In this document: piece by piece, positions 36,861 to 45,646 of the stretch
Layout: every line of letters starts with the position of its first letter
How positions within the stretch are numbered: position 1 is the first letter of the stretch
From: Burkholderiales bacterium
Lineage (GTDB): Bacteria; Pseudomonadota; Gammaproteobacteria; Burkholderiales; SG8-41
Length of the DNA: 64,000 bases
Reading direction: 5' to 3'
Assembly: GCA_964203275.1 (NCBI GenBank)
Contig: CAXNMF010000016.1
Span: forward strand, 7,723-71,722
The notes under the pieces: model-generated
What the model saw: the letters and a program-made list of their open reading frames with translations, nothing else
Database searches by the model: none
What the model was told of the DNA's origin: nothing
Position numbers and translations under genes: made by a program

Positions 36861-38015
36861 TTACGCGGCTTGCAGTCGTCCGGCGCGGCAGTCTTCAATT
36901 TTTTTGCGCAGGTAATCCGCGGCCCAGTCGATTTCCTCGAGGGTATTGAAGCGGCCGACGGAGATGCGGATCGAATTGCCGGCGATGTCGTCATCCGACC
37001 CCAGCGCCTGCAGCACATGCGACACGCCGCCGGTGGAGCAGGCGGAAGTTGATGACACCGCGATATCAGTAAGCGTGGTGACCAGTGAATCGCAGTTAGG
37101 GATGTTGAGGCTGATGTTCAGGTTGTTGGCAATGCGCTGATCCATGTCGCCGTTCAACATCACGCCCGGCAAATCTTTCAGTTTCGACCAAAAGCGGTCA
37201 CGCAGCATCCGCAAATGCGGCACTTCGGTAGCCATCAATTCGCCGGAAATGCGCAACGCCGTGCCCATGCCGACGATCTGGTGTGTGGCCAGTGTGCCGG
37301 AGCGCAGGCCGCGTTCGTGCCCGCCACCATGCATCTGGCATTCAAGGCGTACCTGCGGTGCGCGGCGCACGTACAGCGCGCCAATTCCTTTGGGGCCATA
37401 GGTTTTGTGTGCGGTCAGCGACATGATGTCCACCGGCTGCTTCGCAAGATCAATCGCCACTTTGCCGGTAGCCTGCGCGGCATCGACATGGAACAGCACG
37501 CCACGTTCACGGCAGATCGCGCCGATGGCGTTGATGTCCTGAATGACGCCGATTTCATTATTGACCAGCATTACCGAGGCCAGCACGGTATCCGGCCGCA
37601 GCGCGGCGCGGAAAGTTTCAAGATCAAGCAGGCCGTTTTTTTGCGGCGCGAGATAAGTGACCGTGAATCCCTGTTTTTCCAGCCACTTCATCGTGTCGAG
37701 AACGGCCTTGTGTTCGGTCTGCACGGTGATCAGGTGTTTGCCGCGGGCCTGCGCCGCGATCGCCGCGCCCTTGATCGCGAGATTGTTGGATTCAGTTGCG
37801 CCCGAAGTCCAGGCGATGTCGCGCGCTTCGGCGCCGACCAGCCGTGCAACTTCGGCACGTGCGGCTTCGACGGCTTTGCTGGCTGCGTGGCCGAAAGCAT
37901 GGGTACTGCTTGCAGGATTGCCGAACTGCTCGCGCAGGTACGGCAGCATGGCGTCAACCACGGCGGGGTCCAGCGGCGTGGTTGCTGAATTGTCGAGATA
38001 GATCGGAGTTTGCAT
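36861..38015 (-). CDS. Cysteine desulfurase, NifS/IscS class (PLP-dependent)
   Basis: PLP lysine motif SLTAHKTYGPKG and active-site loop SSTSACSTG. It is 384 aa and lacks the IscS C-terminal tail. Confidence 0.9.
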   Translation of the reverse strand: MQTPIYLDNSATTPLDPAVVDAMLPYLREQFGNPASSTHAFGHAASKAVEAARAEVARLVGAEARDIAWTSGATESNNLAIKGAAIAAQARGKHLITVQTEHKAVLDTMKWLEKQGFTVTYLAPQKNGLLDLETFRAALRPDTVLASVMLVNNEIGVIQDINAIGAICRERGVLFHVDAAQATGKVAIDLAKQPVDIMSLTAHKTYGPKGIGALYVRRAPQVRLECQMHGGGHERGLRSGTLATHQIVGMGTALRISGELMATEVPHLRMLRDRFWSKLKDLPGVMLNGDMDQRIANNLNISLNIPNCDSLVTTLTDIAVSSTSACSTGGVSHVLQALGSDDDIAGNSIRISVGRFNTLEEIDWAADYLRKKIEDCRAGRLQAA

Positions 38016-38023
38016 TTCGAGCC

Positions 38024-38281
38024 TCAGTGCTTTTTCTGTTCCTCTGCGAGCGCGGCGATGACGCGCTGGCGTTTTTCTTCGACTTCCTTGGCGAAACCTG
38101 GGTGGCGCTGCTCGACGAGGCCGATGGCCATGCCGAGTTTCAGCAGCGAAACCGCCATCACGGCCGAAAGGTCGTCTAGGTCGGGACTGGCCTTGGCCAG
38201 CTGCATGGCTTCGACGGTTTCGTCATACAGTTGTTGCGTTGCATCTTGCAGCTCGCCTTCGAACAGCGGGGGTGTGCTCAT
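38024..38281 (-). CDS. Small acidic helical protein of unknown function, co-transcribed with the cysteine desulfurase
   Basis: 85 aa with no Cys. Its stop is 8 nt before the desulfurase start. Confidence 0.5.
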   Translation of the reverse strand: MSTPPLFEGELQDATQQLYDETVEAMQLAKASPDLDDLSAVMAVSLLKLGMAIGLVEQRHPGFAKEVEEKRQRVIAALAEEQKKH

Positions 38282-38353
38282 TGCGGTGTGACCGGTCTGT
38301 ATCTGGAAAGTGCGCCGATTTTAGCGCGATTCAACACCGGGGCAGATTACAAT

Positions 38354-39331
38354 TTGACAGTGATCAATCTCATTCACATTGCTATCGTTGCGGGTCTCGC
38401 CTGCGCATCAGCCGCGGCCCTGGCTCAGGGTTATCCGAACCGCACTGTCCGTATTGTCGTACCCATCGCGGCCGGCGGCGCAGCCGACGTGTTCGCGCGC
38501 ACGCTGGCCGCGCATTATGCCGAGGCCTGGAGCCAGCAAGTGATCGTCGATAACCGGCCCGGTGCCGGCGGCATGATCGGTTCGGAGATGGTGGCGAAGG
38601 CCGCGCCCGATGGCTACACGCTGCTGATGGCCTATACCTCGCATGTGGCGAATCCTTCCCTGTGGACGCGGATTCCGTACGATACGCTGCGCGACTTCGC
38701 GCCGGTGACCATGGTGGCGCAGGTGCCCAGCGTATTGATCGTGCATCCTTCGCTGCCGGTGCACTCGGTGAAGGAGCTGATCACCTTCGCGCGGCGACGC
38801 CCGCACGAGCTCGATTACGGTAGTTCCGGTTTTGGCACCGCGGCCCATCTCGCCGGCGCGCTGTTCGTGCAGCGCGCCGGACTGCACATGACCCATGTGC
38901 CCTACAAGGGAGGCAGCCCGGCGCTGTATGAACTGCTCGGCGGCCAGATTTCGGTGATGTTCGGCAGTCTTGCCACCTCGATTCCGAGCATATTCAACGG
39001 GCGGGCGAGGGCTCTGGCGGTGACCGGATCGGCCAGGGTCGCGGCACTGCCGCAGGTACCGACAATGGCCGAGGCCGCTCTACCCGGCTACGAGGCGATC
39101 GGCTGGTTCGCGCTGTTCGCGCCGGCGCACACCTCGGGCACGGTGATCCACAAAATCCATTCCGGTACGGTGGTGATGGGCACTGGTCAGGGCGTGCACG
39201 AGCGCTTCCAGTCCCTGGGCGCGGCTTTTGTTCCGTCAACGCCTGCTGAACTGGGTGCGCGGGTGCGCATCGAGGTCGCCAAATGGCGCGAAGTGATCCG
39301 CGCCGCCGGCATCAAGCCGATGCAGAACTGA
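38354..39331 (+). CDS. Bug/TctC-family substrate-binding protein
   Basis: Signal peptide, then YPNRTVRIVVPIAAGGAAD, DNRPGAGG and PDGYTLL. The start is TTG 38354 or GTG 38360, inside track ORF 38231..39331. Confidence 0.85.
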   Translation: MTVINLIHIAIVAGLACASAAALAQGYPNRTVRIVVPIAAGGAADVFARTLAAHYAEAWSQQVIVDNRPGAGGMIGSEMVAKAAPDGYTLLMAYTSHVANPSLWTRIPYDTLRDFAPVTMVAQVPSVLIVHPSLPVHSVKELITFARRRPHELDYGSSGFGTAAHLAGALFVQRAGLHMTHVPYKGGSPALYELLGGQISVMFGSLATSIPSIFNGRARALAVTGSARVAALPQVPTMAEAALPGYEAIGWFALFAPAHTSGTVIHKIHSGTVVMGTGQGVHERFQSLGAAFVPSTPAELGARVRIEVAKWREVIRAAGIKPMQN

Positions 39332-39343
39332 AAACTTGCTGTA

Positions 39344-39727
39344 TCAGCGCCGATTGAGCGCGAACCTGCCGGGGCCGATCAGCGCCACAACCAGCGCGGT
39401 AAAAAGGTAGAAGCCCTGCAATTCCAGTGCCCAACCGCCCTGTTTGCCGAGTTCGAACAACTGCGAGCTGTGAGCCAGCGCGATAGCCACCACCATGTTG
39501 AAGGCCATGATCAGCCCGCCGGTGCGCGCATGCCAGCCGGCGATCACCATCAACGGCGCGATCACTTCGCCGACGAACACGCCGTAGGCGAGAAAACCGG
39601 GCAGGCCGTGGCTGGTGACCATGCCTTCGATGCCGGACACGCCATAACGCAGTTTGGCGATGCCGTGCAGCAGCATCAGGATGCCCAGGGTCAGACGCAG
39701 AACGAGTTTGCCGATGTCGTCGTGCAT
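39344..39727 (-). CDS. DoxX-family membrane protein
   Basis: 127 aa, four TM helices, DoxX-like (LVLRLTLGILMLLHGIAKL). Confidence 0.8.
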   Translation of the reverse strand: MHDDIGKLVLRLTLGILMLLHGIAKLRYGVSGIEGMVTSHGLPGFLAYGVFVGEVIAPLMVIAGWHARTGGLIMAFNMVVAIALAHSSQLFELGKQGGWALELQGFYLFTALVVALIGPGRFALNRR

Positions 39728-39753
39728 GCAGTCCCTCAGGAAAATACCGCCGC

Positions 39754-40161
39754 TCAGGCGACCGGATTGCTGACGCTTTCAATCGCGCGTTTGACCGCCA
39801 TCGGATCCTTGATGTTGCGCAGTACCACATCGCTGATGCCGCGGCCGCTGACATGGATATTGCCGAAACCGAGTATGCGGCCGAAGACGCCCTGGTCGAT
39901 TTCAACGGTTTCGATTGAGGCCAGTTTCATTTCTTCGGATTTGCGGCTGATGATGCCGGTCTTGGAGATCACGCGTTTGTTGGTGAGGCCAAGTTCGGTG
40001 TAACGCACACGCAGGTATTCATAAATCGCCAGCGGGATGGTTATGCCGAAAAACGGTGACAGCAGCAGCCAGATCACCATCGGGATGCGCACCACCCAGT
40101 GCTGCGCGAACAGGCTGGATATTTCCTCGCCTGTGGAAAGGGATTCGTCGATGTAGGCCAT
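39754..40161 (-). CDS. Bacterial PH-domain (bPH_2/YdbS-like) membrane protein
   Basis: Two N-terminal TM helices followed by TNKRVISKTGIISRKSEEMKL...GNIHVSG, typical of bPH_2. Confidence 0.7.
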   Translation of the reverse strand: MAYIDESLSTGEEISSLFAQHWVVRIPMVIWLLLSPFFGITIPLAIYEYLRVRYTELGLTNKRVISKTGIISRKSEEMKLASIETVEIDQGVFGRILGFGNIHVSGRGISDVVLRNIKDPMAVKRAIESVSNPVA

Positions 40162-40209
40162 GGCCGTTGGATTGCGGCGCGGAAGAAAGTACCCGCGCCG
40201 CAGTCTCTA

Positions 40210-40665
40210 TCAGTGATCCCAGCCCGTGGTCTTCGCGCCTTCGGTGGCGAGCAGCACATAAGCCATGATGCAGGGTTCCTTGCCGCGGTTTTCCCAGTTA
40301 TGCATGGTCTGGCGCTGGATGATCACGGTGCCCGGCGTCAGATGCACTTCTTCGCCGCCATCCAGTTGCATCCACAGTTCACCGGCGAGGCAAATCGCGT
40401 AGTCGACCGAATCAGTGACGTGCCAGCGCTTGGCGACACCCGGATCGTATTTCGCGAGACGAAACACCGAACCGCCTGCCAGGCTGGTGCCCAGTTCCCA
40501 GGTGTTCGGATCTTCAGTGGTCATTTCCGCGGGTAGTTTCTTGGTGGCCCACATCGGAATGTTGTGGAAGCCGGGGCGCATCGGGATCGGATCGATCACG
40601 GCATCGGATTTGATGTAGGCCTTGCCTTCTTTGTTGGTATCGGTGACGACTCTGCGGAATTTCAT
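40210..40665 (-). CDS. Cupin-domain protein
   Basis: 151 aa with a cupin beta-barrel pattern (HVTDSVDYAICLAGELWMQLDGGEEVHLTPGTVIIQ). RBS GGAGAG. Confidence 0.75.
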   Translation of the reverse strand: MKFRRVVTDTNKEGKAYIKSDAVIDPIPMRPGFHNIPMWATKKLPAEMTTEDPNTWELGTSLAGGSVFRLAKYDPGVAKRWHVTDSVDYAICLAGELWMQLDGGEEVHLTPGTVIIQRQTMHNWENRGKEPCIMAYVLLATEGAKTTGWDH

Positions 40666-40706
40666 GATTGCTGCGCTCTCCAGTAAAACGGCTGTGCTGC
40701 CGGTTC

Positions 40707-40730
40707 AAAAAAATGCCGGCAAGCCGGCGA
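40707..40730 (-). terminator. Short GC hairpin plus T7 tract on the minus strand (terminator of the upstream Bug gene, or a leader attenuator of the cupin gene)
   Basis: The minus strand reads tcgccggcttgccggcattttttt, 42 nt upstream of the cupin start. Confidence 0.5.
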
Positions 40731-40736
40731 TTACCA

Positions 40737-40756
40737 TAAATATTTGATTTAATTGA
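40737..40756. promoter_or_regulatory. AT-rich 20-mer TAAATATTTGATTTAATTGA, identical to 54438..54457
   Basis: Exact 20/20 identity between the two intergenic sites, with ATATTT following in both. Confidence 0.5.
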
Positions 40757-40812
40757 TATTTCAATAAACACGGGGCGAGTTCAAACTTCCGCTCCCCCGT
40801 GTTTGTACCACA

Positions 40813-41790
40813 TCAGCTTGATACTTTGATATTGGCAGCCTTCACCACTTTTTTCCATTTTTCAACGTCGCGTGCGATGGCGTTGAGGAACTGCTCAGGC
40901 GGTCCGCCTGCGGGTTCGACGCCGTCGCCGGCCATGCGTTTCTGCATCTCGGGGGTTTTCAGGATGCGCGCCACTTCGCTGTTCCAGCGTGCGATAACCG
41001 GTTTGGGTATGCCCTTCGGGCCCCACAGTCCGTACCAGAGTACTGCTTCGTAATCCTTGACGGTCTCGCCAATCGCCGGCACGTCGGGCAGGGCAGGTGA
41101 GCGTTTGGCGGTGGTGACGCCGATGCCGCGCAGCTTGCCGCTTTTTACGTGCGGGATGGTTGCAGGAAACGAGCCGAACAGCACCTGCACCTGGCCGCCG
41201 ATCAGGTCACTGAGCGCCGGGCCCGTACCCTTGTAAGGGATGTGGGTCATTTTGGTTCCGGCCATCAGGTCGAATAGTTCAGTCGAGAGGTGAGTGATAC
41301 CGCCGGTGCCGGTGGAGGCGTAATTCAACTTGCCGGGATTGGCTTTGGCGTAGGTGATGATCTCTGCGACCGATTTCACCGGCACCGAAGGGTGCAGAGC
41401 AAGCGCGAAGCCACTTTCACCGATCATCACCAGTGGCTGGATGTCCTTCACTGGATCATAGGGCAGCTTGTAGAGCGCGGCATTGGTGCCGTAGCTGCCG
41501 GAAACCATGATCACCGTATAGCCGTCAGGTGCTGCGCGCACTGCCATTTCGGCGCCGATGGTGCCGCCGCCGCCGGCGCGGTTATCAACGATCACCTGCT
41601 GGCCGAACGCCGCAGTGGCGTTCGTCGCAATCAGGCGCGCCGTGATATCGGTGCCGCCGCCCGGTGCAAAGGGCACCAGCATGCGCACCGGTCGATTGGG
41701 GTATTTTTCGGCCTGGGCTGCGGCCGGGAGCGGCAGCGCGCAGACTGCTGCGACGGTCAGTGCGGCGGGTATTTTTTTAATGATGTTCAT
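40813..41790 (-). CDS. Bug/TctC-family substrate-binding protein
   Basis: Signal peptide, then YPNRPVRMLVPFAPGGGTD, DNRAGGGG and PDGYTVIM. Confidence 0.9.
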   Translation of the reverse strand: MNIIKKIPAALTVAAVCALPLPAAAQAEKYPNRPVRMLVPFAPGGGTDITARLIATNATAAFGQQVIVDNRAGGGGTIGAEMAVRAAPDGYTVIMVSGSYGTNAALYKLPYDPVKDIQPLVMIGESGFALALHPSVPVKSVAEIITYAKANPGKLNYASTGTGGITHLSTELFDLMAGTKMTHIPYKGTGPALSDLIGGQVQVLFGSFPATIPHVKSGKLRGIGVTTAKRSPALPDVPAIGETVKDYEAVLWYGLWGPKGIPKPVIARWNSEVARILKTPEMQKRMAGDGVEPAGGPPEQFLNAIARDVEKWKKVVKAANIKVSS

Positions 41791-41844
41791 ATGTCCTCCT
41801 CCGGTTGTAATGCGAAATCTGAATACTGAGTCCTCAATACTTGA

Positions 41845-42816
41845 TCAATCTGCCTTGATGCCGGCTTCACGGATGACCTTTGCCCACTTGGTCATTTCCG
41901 CTTGCAGGTACTTGTTCGAATCTTCAACGCTGCCGCCGATCAGATCCACACCGGAAGCCGCAAAACGTTTTGCGGTTTCGCCGTCACGCAATGCGCTGCT
42001 GATATCGGCGTTGATCTTGTTCAGCGTGACAAGCGGTGTTTTAGCGGCGGCGAACACGCCGTACCATACATCGAAAGCGTAATGGGGCAGGCCGTTTTCA
42101 GCGATCGTCGGCAGATCCGGCACGGCCGGGCTGCGCTTGGCGCCGGTGACTGCAAGGGCGCGCACCTTGCCGCTTTTTGCGTGCGGCAACATCGTGCCGA
42201 CCCCTGCAATGCCCATCTGCACTTCGCCGCTGATCAGTGCGGTGGTGCTGGGGCCGGTGCCTTTGTAGGGCACATGCACCATATCCACGCCGGCGGTGAC
42301 GCGGAACAGTTCAGAGCCCAGATGCGAAGCGCCGCTGACGCCGCCGGATCCAAAACGCAACTGACCTGGTTTCGATTTTGCCAGCTTCACCAGCTCGGCG
42401 ACCGATTTCGCCGGTACTGATGGATGCAGTGCGAGCACGAACGGTTGCGAGCCGACGATGGTGACTGCGGTGATATCGCGCTTCACATCGAAGGGCAACT
42501 TGCTGTACAGCGCCGGTGCATAAGAAATCCCCACGCTTTGCAGCAGCAGCGTGTAGCCGTCGGGCGCTGCCTTCGCAGCAATGTCGGTGGCGATCACGCC
42601 GCCGCCGCCGGGACGGTTGTCGACGATGGCCTGCTGGCCCCAGACATCCGTGAGTTTCTGCGCCAGCAGCCGCGCAATGATGTCGGTGCCGCCGCCGGCC
42701 GCCGATGCCGCCAGCAGGCGTACGGGACGTTCCGGGAAAGTCGCCGCGTTCGCAGCAGCACACAGACAGGTGATGGCTGCGACAGTGGCGCAGCGCAGGA
42801 TGATTTTATTGTTCAT
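41845..42816 (-). CDS. Bug/TctC-family substrate-binding protein
   Basis: Signal peptide, then FPERPVRLLAASAAGGGTD, DNRPGGGG and PDGYTLLL. Confidence 0.9.
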   Translation of the reverse strand: MNNKIILRCATVAAITCLCAAANAATFPERPVRLLAASAAGGGTDIIARLLAQKLTDVWGQQAIVDNRPGGGGVIATDIAAKAAPDGYTLLLQSVGISYAPALYSKLPFDVKRDITAVTIVGSQPFVLALHPSVPAKSVAELVKLAKSKPGQLRFGSGGVSGASHLGSELFRVTAGVDMVHVPYKGTGPSTTALISGEVQMGIAGVGTMLPHAKSGKVRALAVTGAKRSPAVPDLPTIAENGLPHYAFDVWYGVFAAAKTPLVTLNKINADISSALRDGETAKRFAASGVDLIGGSVEDSNKYLQAEMTKWAKVIREAGIKAD

Positions 42817-42849
42817 TCAAGTCTCCTCCAGAATGGGCATTATGGCCTG

Positions 42850-43887
42850 TCAGGCAGGCGCCGTGCCAACCTTCGCCTGCAGCAACGCATAGTTAGAGGC
42901 ATCCATTGTGATCTCGCCGCGGTTGATCTGGCGGTCGATTTCAGTGACGGCGTCATTGGCCGGTGTTGCAATGCCGAGTTCGCGGCCCTTGCTGGAGACC
43001 AGGCCGCTGATGAAGGCGATTTCGCTGGTGCGGCCCTTCATATGATCGTGGATCGGTGCAGTGCGCCCGCCGCCGACATGCGACATCAGGGTTTTCATGG
43101 TCGTGATCAGATTTTCGTCGCTGGAACCGGCGAATTCATCGGCGCGCAGCCCGAAAATCGGTTCCATGCGGTAACCCAGTGCCTTGCCGACGTTCATGGA
43201 TTCGCGACCAAGCTTGACCGAAATGTCGAACATGCCGGGCAGGGCGCAGGCTTCGAAGTTGCGCAGGCCGAGCAGGCCGAAAGGGCCCATGGTCATCGTG
43301 TTGGCAATGAGCTTGGTCCACTTCGCGCCGTAGATATTGTTGGTGACATCGCAGCGGCCGACCTTGCCGAGGATCGCGGCAATTTCCTTGACCCGCGGCG
43401 TCAGCCGTCCGTCGAGTTCGCCGACGCCGAACCACGTGCCCTTGCGCGTGGTATTGCGCTGAATGGTGCCCTGCGTGAACAGCTCCGCCTGCAGTTCCAC
43501 CACGCAGCCGATGACGCGATCGCGGCCGACGATGGAGGCAATGGCATCGTCGTTCATGCCGTTCTGCGCACCGACAACGATGCCGTCGGATTTCAGATAA
43601 GGCTTGATGAGCTCGGTCATCCAGCGCGTGTCGTTGGATTTGCACGCCAGGAACACGATATCGAATTCAAGGTTGGCCGACGCCAGTGTGCACAGGTTCA
43701 GTGCGTTGACCGGCACCTGAAACTGCGAATCCTTGAACTGGATCTGCAGCCCGTTGGTTTTCATCGCGCGTACATGCGATGGCCACTGGTCGATCAGCGT
43801 GACATCAAAGCCGGCGTGAGTCAGGTCGGCGCCGATGCTGCTGCCGATGGCGCCGGAGCCAAGGACAGCTATTTTCTTGGTTTTCAT
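42850..43887 (-). CDS. Ketopantoate reductase (ApbA/PanE) family oxidoreductase
   Basis: KIAVLGSGAIGSSIGADL Rossmann motif. The start is ATG 43887 inside track ORF 42850..43950. Confidence 0.8.
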   Translation of the reverse strand: MKTKKIAVLGSGAIGSSIGADLTHAGFDVTLIDQWPSHVRAMKTNGLQIQFKDSQFQVPVNALNLCTLASANLEFDIVFLACKSNDTRWMTELIKPYLKSDGIVVGAQNGMNDDAIASIVGRDRVIGCVVELQAELFTQGTIQRNTTRKGTWFGVGELDGRLTPRVKEIAAILGKVGRCDVTNNIYGAKWTKLIANTMTMGPFGLLGLRNFEACALPGMFDISVKLGRESMNVGKALGYRMEPIFGLRADEFAGSSDENLITTMKTLMSHVGGGRTAPIHDHMKGRTSEIAFISGLVSSKGRELGIATPANDAVTEIDRQINRGEITMDASNYALLQAKVGTAPA

Positions 43888-43942
43888 AGGTCTTAGCCTG
43901 TTTGCTGGTATCGATTGGAGTTCGTGCCACCACGCGAATTTT

Positions 43943-44006
43943 CCGTTCACCCTGAGTTCTTCGACAGGCCTGTCCTGAGCAACGTCGAAGGGCTCAGCCC
44001 GAACGG
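43943..44006. repeat. REP-like imperfect palindrome downstream of the MmgE/PrpD gene
   Basis: ccgttcaccctgagttcttcgac ... caggcctg ... gtcgaagggctcagcccgaacgg. The arms match 18/23 as an inverted repeat. Confidence 0.6.
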
Positions 44007-44033
44007 TTCATCAGTTCGCAAGTGTTGCGGAAA

Positions 44034-45416
44034 TTAGCCTTTGCGTTGCGCCGCCAGCGCCAGCAGCTCACGCACCGAATGGTTCTCGATGTCGAGTGCC
44101 ACCTTTGCAATCGCATCCACCGGCAGTTGCGGATTGATGCCGCGGAATTTTTCAGTGACGCCTTTGGCGTCCACCGGATTGTCGATCGATCCCGTCGGAT
44201 TGAGGATGTCGGTACGCACCCACTGGCCGTCCTTCTCCGCGGCAACCCAGCCGGCGAAATGTTTCGGGTACAGCGCATCGAGTTTCGGATCGTGCTCGCA
44301 GTCGAGTTGTGCGGCGAGCTTGATCAGCGCCGGATCGTTCATGCGCTCTTCGGTGAACTGCGGCGGCAATACCTTGCCGTCCACCAGTGCAGCGGCGATC
44401 ACATAACGCAGGCTCATCTGCGCATTGAGCGCGCTGCCCGGTGCATAGACAAAGCCGCACTGCACATCGACCACGTTGGACAGGCCGACCTTGACCTTGC
44501 GATTCATGTCCCAGGGCGCGCCGATCTTGCTGCGCACTGCCAGCGCCGCATCAATATAGGCATGCGTGCTGCCGCAGCAGGAGTAGGGCTTGATCGAATT
44601 GGTTTCGGTATGCCACACGCTGCCGAGGTCGCGGGTCAGCAGCGCGGCGTCGGAATCATCGGAATGCGCTTTCAGCACGCCGCCGTCGCCATATTCATAA
44701 ATCTGTGTCGGGCCGGTGAAGCCCAGCGCGGCCAGTTCCGCGGCGAGCACGCCCGAATGCGCGGCCTTGCCGGCATGCAGGCGTTTGCTCATCGTGCCGT
44801 CCGCGTTGAAGGCCCAGGTGCCCGCGCCCTGTGTGCCGGCGAGGCCGAGCGCCCACGAAGTCTGTTCCGGATTCAGTTTCAGCAACGAGGCGCAGGCCGC
44901 TGCTGCTGCAAACGGACCGTAGATGCCGGTGATGTGCCAGCCGCGCAGGCGTGTCGCCGAGGGATTGGACGCGAGGCTGGAACGGATCATGGTTTCGTAA
45001 CCGGCTGCAATCGCGGTCACCAGCGCCTTGCCGTCGGCATTGAGTTTTTCGGCCATCGCCAGAGCGGCCGGCACAGCCACCGCACCCGCATGCAGCTTGG
45101 CGTTGTGATAATCATCGAGCTCGAAAGCATGTGATGCCACGCCATTGACCAGCGCTGCATCGGCGACACGCATCGAAGGGGATTTTTCACCCCAAACGGT
45201 GGCTTCACCCTTGCCGCTGCCGCCGGCGCGCGCCCATTTCAGCATCATGTCTGCCCACGGCGTGCACCAGCCGTAAACGCCGCAGCCTAAGGTATCGAGA
45301 ATGGCGATGCGCACGACCTCGCGTGTACGCGGCGGAATGTCTTCGTATTTCAGGCTGCTGATCCAGGCCGCCAGTTCACGGGTCGGTGCGCCTATGGCGC
45401 GACGATCATTATTCAT
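44034..45416 (-). CDS. MmgE/PrpD-family protein (2-methylcitrate dehydratase-like)
   Basis: 460 aa with the typical N-terminus (LAAWISSLKYEDIPPRTREVVRIAILDTLGCG). The start is ATG 45416 with AAAGGAG, inside track ORF 44034..45710. Confidence 0.85.
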   Translation of the reverse strand: MNNDRRAIGAPTRELAAWISSLKYEDIPPRTREVVRIAILDTLGCGVYGWCTPWADMMLKWARAGGSGKGEATVWGEKSPSMRVADAALVNGVASHAFELDDYHNAKLHAGAVAVPAALAMAEKLNADGKALVTAIAAGYETMIRSSLASNPSATRLRGWHITGIYGPFAAAAACASLLKLNPEQTSWALGLAGTQGAGTWAFNADGTMSKRLHAGKAAHSGVLAAELAALGFTGPTQIYEYGDGGVLKAHSDDSDAALLTRDLGSVWHTETNSIKPYSCCGSTHAYIDAALAVRSKIGAPWDMNRKVKVGLSNVVDVQCGFVYAPGSALNAQMSLRYVIAAALVDGKVLPPQFTEERMNDPALIKLAAQLDCEHDPKLDALYPKHFAGWVAAEKDGQWVRTDILNPTGSIDNPVDAKGVTEKFRGINPQLPVDAIAKVALDIENHSVRELLALAAQRKG

Positions 45417-45646
45417 TTGGGCATACTCCTTTAAAGATGCGCGCAGTTTACCCCACCCGCGCAAGCTGCAAACGCTGCCCTGAAAGTTAGTCCACATATC
45501 ATCAAAAAAGCCATACGCGCTTCCTTGACACCTTTTTACCGGCCGTCGCATACTCCCGCCACTGGTGAATTCCGCCGTCTGCACAACGCATCCACGGGGT
45601 TTTTCCGGTCCAATCGACCAACTAGAAGTGATCAGGAGTCCATTAA

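Noticed and set aside
42424-43896. A 490-aa plus-strand ORF spanning the end of a Bug gene and the ketopantoate-reductase-family gene
   Set aside because: It crosses two well-supported minus-strand genes and an intergenic gap, and it has no recognisable domain. It is a GC-driven open frame.
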